Shown: positions 24,801 through 32,924 of the stretch, in pieces
Position numbering within the stretch: the first letter of the stretch is position 1
Layout: every line of letters starts with the position of its first letter
From: Lepidodermella squamata
Lineage: Eukaryota; Animalia; Gastrotricha
NCBI GenBank assembly: GCA_047495785.1
Contig: JBLDXI010000056.1
Span: forward strand, 434,001-498,000
Direction of reading: 5' to 3'
DNA length: 64,000 bases
The notes under the pieces: generated by a model
What the model was told of the DNA's origin: nothing
The model's database searches: none
What the model saw: only the letters and a program-made list of their open reading frames with translations
Translations under genes and position numbers: made by a program

Positions 24801-25713
24801 ACGAATAAATCGGACCAAACAATGATAATCGAAAGCTAAACAAATTTGAAAATTCCTACTAGTTCACAGATTTATTAAAGCTATTTGGAGAATTTCAAGT
24901 TTAATCAAAATTTCCATTCAAGGTCACTGAATACCTATGCTGAGCACATCTGGCAATTCTGAGGCCTCCAGTAAAACCTTGGTCGATCTTATATTTGTAA
25001 AATTTTAGTTTTTATTTTGATTATTCGACCAAATGTATTGATTGGCGATTGGCGATACCCTGAAAGTATAATCATTTTTTCAGCTAAATCCCGATCGCGA
25101 TGGGCTCAAAATCTCAAATAAATTTCAACAAATCTGCTGAGGAAAATTGTTGAATTTTGAAAAATTCCTAGAGATTCTCAAATTTTTCCGATTTTCTCGT
25201 TTCCGATTGCAATCGATTTAGCTCAACATAAGGAATTATTTGGAAGTTTCTGATGTCAAATCAGAAAAAATTCCAACTTTTTAAAGTGTTTGAAACCTTA
25301 CGAAAATGTTTTTTAATGTTTCAGGTACGCCTATGATGAATAATACGAGTCATTCAGCGGCGATAAATGGCAACGCGAGTTTCAACACTTCACGCAGTTC
25401 TGCGGCCGGGTACCCGGGTGGGGTGCCCATAGGCGCATTCCCGCTGCCCGGGCTCGCCGGCGGATCGCCAGCCGCCGTCGAGACCGACCTCGACGACCCG
25501 AACAACTCGCTGCCTCTGCTGCGGCCGAGCATGTCGCAGCAGCAGCGGTGGACGCCCGGGCGGCACGCGCACCACCACATGGCCGACAACAATGTGTACC
25601 TGTCGCCGGAGCAGCTCGCCGCCCGCACAGCAGCAGCGGCTGGTGGCGGTGGCGGCGGTGGCATGCAGCTCACAGTCGCCCCGCCCAGCCAGTACTATCC
25701 GACCAATGTCTGA
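18879..25713 (+). CDS. NCAM/Fasciclin II-like adhesion molecule, transmembrane isoform; exons 18879-19235, 19292-19801, 20668-20945, 21164-21428, 21507-21905, 22034-22369, 22473-22674, 24296-24661, 25325-25713
   Basis: Signal peptide; five Ig domains (DQGDWTC, DSGFYKC, DGGDYTC, DLGNWTC, YGKYDC); two FN3 domains (GLKANTQYRLEVRAVN, GLAPNTYYEVRIRAIN); NCAM-type TM 'IIGIVVASVIVLFVFIDMLLC'; C-terminal class I PDZ ligand -TNV. All junctions are phase-consistent. Confidence 0.88.
23197..23333 (+). CDS. Alternative terminal exon encoding a GPI-anchor signal (GPI isoform of NCAM/FasII)
   Basis: The cag acceptor is in phase 1 with the donor at 22674 and reads GPRTGFSLGQPAYDQASSSRSHLRSTVPAVVALALFIAAKQLLRV*. 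Small residues, spacer, hydrophobic tail. AATAAA at 24043-24048 lies before the TM exon. Confidence 0.65.
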
Positions 25714-26870
25714 TGGCGCCGATTCGTCGTCACTCGCCGATCTCCCTATTTGTGTTCTCTTGTGAATGTACTTCACAACAAATTCGTATTCAAAGTATAA
25801 ACTGCCGTTGATTTGAATCATTGAAAATCGATTGAATTCCCACTGAAAATTCAATTTCAATTTCAAAACCAGAAATCGGGAAAAATTCAATGTTTATATT
25901 TGATCATGATTAGCAAATTATTTTATTCAAGACGCCAAAGCTAGATACTCTCGAGACCATAACCATTGAGTGTGGAATTAGTGAGATTTTAATTTTTCAA
26001 ATCAACCGCGTTTGTATTTACTGTCGCTTTGACGGCCCCCAAGTCGTGGCCCGGTTTTCAGACTGGGGCCGTCGTTAAACAAAGACTTGCAAAACTTGAA
26101 ATCTGAGCTCAATTTCTATCTTCTATAATCTATGATGTAATGTTGCATGAAAAGTGCCGATATAGTCCAAATTTACGACTTTTTGTCTTTTCGCACTCAT
26201 GGCTGCTTTTTTGTTGTTTCTCTAATCGAAAATCACTGCGACACTGCGATTGTTTCCAATATATATTGGGCTGAAAATGCGTTATTAGCCAAAAATGACG
26301 ATAATACATCTTTGACATGTTTTATTATTGTCTGATTTTATCTTCATATATTGTATAAAATAAATTCGCGTTCAAAACTCGTGCGAATAATTTTCGATAC
26401 TGTGTATTCAAACTTGACTTCGTGTCCCTACTTTTTGATACCATGCGCCCTCTCATTGTACATTGTTCCTCTCTACTATTGCTATATCATTGTTTGTATC
26501 GTTGTTTCGACACCTTTTCTTGTGAGAGTGTACCTTCTTCCAAAAAGTCTTTATTATTATAATAGTTATGATATCTATTGCAATGTCTAATAGTACTATC
26601 TGTTCTTGTTGTATCATCAACATCATCTTCAGCTGTCGATATTGTCAGAAGGCGACGAAATTTCTAAAGAAGTGAAATCTAAAGAATAAAAATGGTGAAA
26701 TCTATTTACACGCCTTTGAAACAACATGAAATCGATTAGAGCTGGTCGAATTTTGTCGAACTTTGTTAGGCTTGACTAGGAAACTGAAGAGCAGAGAAAT
26801 GCAACCGAGTCAAAGTATCATTTTGTGCTTAACCATTCGCGGGAGAATGAGAAGATTGAAGGTTGCCTGG

Positions 26871-27375
26871 AGGGGTTTTTTTTATTCGCAACAGAAAATA
26901 CAGCTACAGCTACAGTTTATTGCATTCGAAAATTCGCTACAGAAATACTGTATTTCTCCTGTATATTCTACGAATTCGAATAAAAAATACAGAAAATACA
27001 GCCCTATTTTTCCTACAAAAAATACAGCCAGAAAAAGTGTGCAAAGTGTAGAAATGGGGCTGTTTGTGCGCATAAAAAGTGCTGGGGTGAAAATTAGAAG
27101 AAAAAAAATGGCTTGACCCCACGAGGAGTCGAACCCTCCACATCGATTTCGCCTAGTAAACAAAGTCACATTAGCGAATGGTTTACTATTTCTGCATTTT
27201 GCACAGATTCAAAAATCATGTGTTGGAAAAATACACTTTATGCTGTATAAAACAGCGAATTTACGAACGCGTAGAAAGTTATTGCATTTTTTGTAGAAAG
27301 TGCTATTTTCGAACGACAATACACAAAATACAGTATATACTGTTCGAAGTGTTGCGAATAAAAAAAAACCCTCTG
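26871..27375. mobile_element. MITE, about 500 bp, Tc1/mariner-like right end
   Basis: Inverted ends ggg(t)8attcgcaaca (26873-26893) and tgttgcgaat(a)9ccctctg|ta (27350-27377). Internal aaaatacag repeats. Left tip is degenerate. Confidence 0.6.
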
Positions 27376-28093
27376 TATCTACAGATCACTCCCTGGATCA
27401 CTGAGTTTTCATCGCCAATAATTATGTTACGAGTAAATGAATGAAAAGCGGGCGTCAAATGATAGTTTGCAAGTGTCGATTGTCCAAGTATCCGGAAGCT
27501 GATCTCTGATCGCTCGCCGTCAGCTTTCCACTAAACCCACCTTTGTGTTACCGCTTAATTCTCCCGAACGTGGACGGACGATGACCAAATGATCAGATCT
27601 ATTTACGAGTGCGCAAGTACTCACGGTGCAGCAGATCCTCTGCTTTTTCTTATAATTTTTTGAGACTATATTTTGAGAATAATATTTTCGAGAGTTAATT
27701 CTGGTATTTGGCTGGCAATTTAATTTTCCTGCACAATGGCTATGCACTGACTGATATTGCAAGATCATTCCATCAAAAAATAGCTATAGCTACTTCGACG
27801 AAGGAAATGGTTCTGGGGCTGATTAGATGACACAAGGAAACTAGTGAGTATCGAATCGGAGAAAAAATCAAATTCGTTTAAAAACAGCCCAGTTTATTGA
27901 ACAATCATTTTTCATTAAATTAATAGCACCAACATCAGTAAACAATCAACAATCATTGGATGCAGTTTCAGTGTTACAGGAGGCAGCCAGAACTCGTGAT
28001 AACTCGAGCGCAAAAGTGACTTCGCCAATCTGAAAGTAGAGAATAAATATTAGTCAAGTGGCAGAGGATATGTTTACAACTATAAATTTGATA

Positions 28094-28171
28094 TTTGTCA
28101 GATGGGGAAAGAAGACTAAAAAGGTTTTCATCAAATAACTCAGGAGCTTGATGGTTTGTATCATCACGGTA
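28094..28171 (-). ncRNA. Box C/D snoRNA guiding 28S rRNA (snR190/SNORD12-like target)
   Basis: Box C GTGATGA (28167-28161), D' CTGA, C' TTGATGA, D CTGA (28101-28098). The 13-nt guide GTCTTCTTTCCCC is antisense to conserved LSU GGGGAAAGAAGAC. The D' guide TCAAGCTC matches the nearby GAGCUUGA. Confidence 0.88.
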
Positions 28172-28338
28172 ACCTTAAGATTCAACCCTAAAGAAATCCA
28201 ATATTCCTCACCTTTGTATCGAGACCAACGGCGCAGCAAGGAGAAATCGGGGTAGTGCGTGCTGGATCTGAAAAAAAGATCAACATGTTACAGACACCTT
28301 CCCTTCTTAAGATGCTACTTCAAAGATGCAAAAAGATA

Positions 28339-28436
28339 GGATATGGCGCTGCGTTCAATATTAGTCCGAGCGAAACACGACTTCAACGCCCGAGGGCAAT
28401 GAATCACGCACTTTACGGACTGGCTAATCTATATCC
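28339..28436 (-). ncRNA. Unclassified intronic structured RNA (about 98-nt interrupted hairpin, no C/D or H/ACA boxes)
   Basis: Nested stems GGAUAU/AUAUCC, AGUCCG/CGGACU, GCGUGA/UCGUGU, UUCA/UGAA and GCC-CUCG-GGC. The G-U pairs work only on the host (-) strand. Confidence 0.55.
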
Positions 28437-28565
28437 AATGCAAACAATACTTACTTGTAATATGCGGCAGGTTGGATCGGCCAGATCTCAGCAAATGATA
28501 CCTGAAACATAAAACAGACTTAAGATATGGAAGAACAAAGAATGTGTTGAACTTCATGGAGATAA

Positions 28566-28641
28566 AACATCAGAGACCCGTCTTAAACTGAAGATACACA
28601 GTTCTCATGCATGATCAAAATCTCCAGAAATCATCACAAAA
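28566..28641 (-). ncRNA. Box C/D snoRNA guiding 28S rRNA (U21/SNORD21-like region)
   Basis: Box C GTGATGA (28637-28631) and box D CTGA (28573-28570). The guide GTTTAAGACGGGTC is antisense to conserved LSU GACCCGUCUUGAAAC (10 nt perfect, then one bulge). Confidence 0.85.
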
Positions 28642-28783
28642 AGTTTAGAAGTCGAACGACAAAAAAGCAAGACGGCTTACCAAATTAGATCAGCCATTTT
28701 ATTCCATTTCGGACCAGCCAAGAGGCCATGTCGAAAGTCTGAAAGTAAAAAGAAAAATATAGCACCAGTCGTGTCAACCTCAA

Positions 28784-28930
28784 GATTGTGAGTCCTAAGG
28801 CCATCGCCTGTGATGACTGTTGGCGACAACTAATGCACCTAATATTCTTCCATTACGGAACCTAACGGTCACGGCGACTCCGAGCCGGGTTAGAGCTCGG
28901 GTAACTACCGAGAGGTACGGATAGGAAGCC
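28784..28930 (-). ncRNA. Candidate box H/ACA snoRNA
   Basis: Hairpin 1 (CUUCC...GGAAG, with inner CGGU/ACCG and CCGAGC/GCUCGG), H box AGAAUA (28848-28843), hairpin 2 (GUUGUCGCC/GGCGAUGGC), ACA at 28789-28787. Confidence 0.6.
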
Positions 28931-29078
28931 TTATTAACTAATATCAATATCGAAACATACCTGAATCAATTACCAATTAGGCAGCCGATGCGGCGCGAAG
29001 CACGAGCCAAAATCTGGAAAAGAACAAGATAGTTAGAGAAACAACAAAAGGTAATCTCTCTAAGATGATATGAATGAG

Positions 29079-29171
29079 AATCAGACATCCAAGGAAGGGC
29101 TAAGTACGTCTTCCCCGCTATAAACGAGCAGGTCCGTGGAAACCGCGAAAATGGAAAAGGTTTCATCAGAT
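29079..29171 (-). ncRNA. SNORD14: U14 box C/D snoRNA, copy in host intron 2
   Basis: TGATGA box C, domain A TTCGCGGTTTCCAC, and domain B plus box D CCTTCCTTGGATGTCTGA, the U14 signature. Confidence 0.93.
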
Positions 29172-29322
29172 AAATGTTGTTCAATGGCCCATAAAAAGTA
29201 AGGAATACTTACATCGGACAATTTTCCGTCAAGTCAGCATTGAATTGGAGAGATTAAACCTGAAATAGAACAAAAGATTAATCCATGGCACGGAAATCAA
29301 TGGATCATGGATTTCGAGATTA

Positions 29323-29415
29323 AATCAGACATCCAAGGAAGGGCTAAGTACGTCTTCCCCGCTATAAACGAGCAGGTCCGTGGAAACCGCGAAAATGGAA
29401 AAGGTTTCATCAGAT
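29323..29415 (-). ncRNA. SNORD14: U14 box C/D snoRNA, copy in host intron 1
   Basis: Identical over 93 nt to 29079-29171. Confidence 0.93.
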
Positions 29416-29531
29416 TTGGCTTCTAAGAACTAATTATTCCAAGAACTTTAACGTACCTCGCAGAGACCAAGGGGTATTGCTTAGCTCGACGGAAATGACA
29501 CGAGCTGAGTCTTGAAATCGAAGCGATCGAT

Positions 29532-29548
29532 GAGAAGAGGAAATAGAG
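29532..29548 (-). promoter_or_regulatory. TCT-initiator / 5'TOP-like pyrimidine tract at the inferred start of the snoRNA host
   Basis: Minus-strand CTCTATTTCCTCTTCTC contains YCTYTYY (CCTCTTC), about 80 nt upstream of the first donor. This start type is typical of snoRNA host genes. Confidence 0.5.
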
Positions 29549-30032
29549 ATAAATGATCAATGATCAATGCTTGATATTGGAATGCGGCGACAGCCGGTGT
29601 TAAATACCAGTTTTGCACGCCTCGCATCCACATACGCACGCTGCAGCCGCAACGGGTGAGCACGTGTTTGCAGTTCAAGGTTGAATTATATAAACATTTT
29701 AACAGCAAAATTTATTGACAAAATAATATTTCAATAAGTATTTAAGAACCAAGGCAATTTACTGTAATTAATTTAATAGCAGCATATTTTCGAATTTTCG
29801 GGCATGCCTCCGACTCCATCAGACGAGACGGAAACAAGCACCAATAACCGTAAACTTTTCTTAGTTTTCGGTACTTTTAATTATTCCGTTGGCCTCTGTT
29901 TTTTGCTTGTTCTTCGGAATTTTTAGGGGGCCAGTGGCAGAATAATTGCATAAATAACCTTCTTGACAATTCCAGAAAACTTCATCAGCTTTCGTGCCCA
30001 ACTTTATGGACTCGCACTTTTCTTACGTAACA

Positions 30033-30500
30033 CAGTGTGGTCCAAGCCCAAAAAGTTTGGAGTCCGCAGTCGGAGCCCAAAAAGGCCGGGGGAGTCCGCA
30101 CAGGGTATTCAGTAAAATTTGGGGGTGATATGCTTTTTTATGGTTTTTTTGAGGGGGGGGGGTGATATGTATTTACCTATTTACCATTGGGTTCAAAAAA
30201 TTTGTGGCCTGAAAAACTGCTCAGTTAAGTCGACTTGCGAGCGAAGCGAGCTTTAGCTAACGCTTTTTTGAGCATTTTCAAGCCGAAAATGGGCTTAAAA
30301 TGCATTAAAACTTCGAGGATTCATTAACAACCTCTAGTTGGTGACCAATTTCAGGTGAGGGAGTCCGATGGAGCCTGGCGGAGGCCAGGTTCGGAGCCCA
30401 TTTGGAGTCCAACCTCGAAAAAACCCAAAAAACGTTCCGGAGCCCACAAAATGTCGAAAAGAGTCCAAAAGGCTCCGGAGTCCACGTTTGGACCACACTG
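30033..30500. mobile_element. Non-autonomous hAT-family element (468 bp)
   Basis: Perfect 13-bp TIR cagtgtggtccaa / ttggaccacactg, perfect 8-bp TSD acgtaaca (30025-30032, 30501-30508), and repeated subterminal ggag(t/c)cc motifs. Confidence 0.9.
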
Positions 30501-31214
30501 ACGTAACAGACTCTAACACTGTAACGCGATGTTTTTCGCGAGCCTGAAAGGATTTGGCGCAATCTGACGATAGCTCTCATGATTCAGGAGTCATTCTGCA
30601 CTCGGCATTAGATGAATTAGATAAAGCTCACTTCTCCAATCATTTCTTCTCAATATGCTTTCAGTTATGCCATAATCCAAAATGGGAGTCACATTTGAAA
30701 GTCTTCTCCGCCGAGCTAGTCTTGCACTCGACCCATCAAAATCGCGACCCGGCCGCGAATGATCGTAATCGAAATAGGGCCGCGACCAATTTGCGTTCGA
30801 GTCAAAAGTTGGTCGAGTCGAAAACCGGGTCGAACCGTGTTCGCGATAAGATTAATCATCGCATTAGACTTGTATTTAACGCCTAAATTTGCTACTAGGC
30901 AAACTCGCACTGGATCACATGTGTATACTCGTGATATTATTTGCTTCATATGTAGGGACACATATATATTCGAGGTTACTCATTTTCGGCGGTGAAGAAT
31001 TTCTAAGAGCTCAAGCTTTTGCCAACCAACTCGTGGTAACGCTTAATTTTAATTTACAAATTATTAAAATTTATTTCAACACGCTCAAATTTAAATACGG
31101 CATTATTGCGTATCATATGACAAACGGGTCTCCATCGGCTTTATAGCGTCGTCTCAAGTCGGTTCTAACCACCAACAGCCAGGAATTTCGGGCGCAAACC
31201 GGTTTTTCGGCCCG

Positions 31215-32460
31215 TCAGCAGCCACAAAAGCGAACAGCTGGCGATGCACCTAAAAGCAACCGGCTAAGCGCGATAGGAAAGCTAAAACAAGCAGAACCAT
31301 AACTGAATCGGCAGCATCGACAGCTCAAGCCGCCACTCAACAACCAACATCGCAGATGCCGCCGCTGCCAACGTCGACCACTGCTGCTACTGCTGTCGCC
31401 GGTCGCCGCCGCCGACGCGCCTTCGAATAGTGCTGACGAAGGCGGTGTTGCTGCTGCTGCTGCTGCTGTTGCGAGTTCGGCACTGATCGCCCCTGGCTCC
31501 TGCGATTTCAGCTTGCCGGCATTCGCCAACTACCTCAAAGCCAATGGCCGAATTACTGCACTGCGTGTCAATGTTATAAGGAGCATTTTCTTTTCAATCT
31601 CAGCAAATAAGCGCAAATTGTTGATTGTGTCTTCAATGTCTCATCTTTACATTGTCGTTGTATTGAACATTTTCAGGAAGTAATTTTACGCGCTAAGCTT
31701 ACGATAACGCGCGAGCGACTGGCCTACAACGTGCCAAACGTAATGTTCGACGGCCATGTTCGTCGCAGGCCTTCATCGGCGAGCTGTTGCCGGCGCAAAT
31801 AAACCCAGCTACTGAATTGCTGCCGCTGCGTGAGTTGACAGAAATGGCTGTCACCAGCCTCGACGCCGCCGCCATCCGCGCGAGCCCGCAGTACCGCTAC
31901 ACCATCGACCGCGCCAAGTGCACCGTGTTGCTGACGTATGTTGCTGACGCGCTCGGCAATACCGCCGACGATGTGCGTCAGTACGTGTTGCAAACGGCAC
32001 CGGCATTCCTGCCGACCGACATCGAGAACGTGCGCCTGCGAAAGAGCCAGCGCTCGACTGCGTGCGCCGCCATCGTCCGCCTGCGCAATGAGCCAATGGC
32101 GGGCGAATTCATCGATCGAAAACGAAAGGCAGCTCATCATGCAGGCTCTTCTGGGTGTGTTACTTGTTATCAGCTATGCTACTAAATTATCCTCGAAACA
32201 AGTCGAAACAAGTCGAAACAAGTCGAAACTCGCCAACAGCGCGACGCGTTCTGCCGCGCTCGGCCTATATCGTACGGCCGCATGGTGGTAGCTGCGTCGC
32301 CTTTTCTACAACACGCGTGCTGGAGCCGAGCGGCCAGGCGTGGCGGCAACTCGACCCGCGCTTGCCTTGTACGTTACACCACTCATCTGCAAACCGGCAG
32401 CGACCTGGTTCAGCTGCTTTTTCGACGACGGCGAGCAGCCGACTGCTGCGACATCATAGA
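31215..32460 (+). pseudogene. Decayed GC-rich coding-like segment of unknown origin (pseudogene or transposon ORF)
   Basis: Coding-like composition and peptide 31787-32185, with flanking frames broken by frameshifts and stops. Internal (gaaacaagtc)x3 tandem at about 32194-32229. Confidence 0.3.
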
Positions 32461-32924
32461 TTTGAAATATTTGAAAAATAATCCTCCTCCAACCAAACTG
32501 CACTAGATCGAGCACTAGATCCTCCAACTGCTCTAGATCGAGACGAATGGCGTAAAGTTGTCGAGACTTTGGAAAATTTTGAATTTTACAACAAAAGCAA
32601 GATACTCTCGGGGGGTGGGTGCGGGTGACTGATTCTTTTGGTTTGCTTTGCCTTCGCCTTCCTCGAAACCCGAAAGGGTATAGACGCTCAGTCGCGGGGA
32701 AGTAAAACAATATAATCATTTCATTTCCAACCAAACTCATCATTTGACGTAATAAAACGAAATCAACACGCTGGAAAGTTTACAACAAAAATTACTGCAG
32801 CTAGGGCAGCTGATTGCTTGATTCCAACAGAAAACATGAGAATATGAATTCTTGAATTTTATTGCCTTCGTGTAATGCTGCATTATAGCAAAAGTCAAGC
32901 CCAGGATTAAACAAGCAATTCAAG

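Larger units (their letters stand above)
27880..29540 (-). ncRNA. Spliced non-coding snoRNA host gene (UHG/GAS5-type); exons about 29540-29457, 29259-29213, 29013-28961, 28738-28681, 28501-28455, 28267-28212, 28029-about 27880
   Basis: Six canonical GT...AG introns of about 180-220 nt separate 47-58 nt internal exons. Exon 2 has stops in all three frames. Pyrimidine-tract start CCTCTTCTC (TCT/5'TOP-like). AATAAA at 27893-27898. Each intron contains a structured RNA. Confidence 0.85.

Noticed and set aside
27110-27140. tRNA or SINE suggested by a minus-strand B-box GGTTCGACTC followed by a T-run inside the MITE
   Set aside because: No A-box, D-arm, anticodon arm or acceptor stem could be built, and the T-stem is mismatched.
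27946-28697. 67-aa spliced ORF (MADLIW...ASNDC) across the last four exons of the snoRNA host
   Set aside because: It lies downstream of other ATGs and stops, has no recognisable motif, and short ORFs are expected in such hosts. Ribosome profiling would be needed to support it.
28708-28720. GGCTGGTCCGA, resembling the 5' end of vertebrate Y RNAs
   Set aside because: There is no complementary 3' stem or Pol III terminator, and it lies in a host exon. Likely chance.
29079-29415. 93-bp direct repeat read as an LTR pair or CRISPR-like repeat
   Set aside because: Fully explained as two U14 snoRNAs in consecutive introns.
30716-30872. Imperfect foldback (tcgaccc...gggtcga)
   Set aside because: Termini and TSD are too degenerate to call an element.
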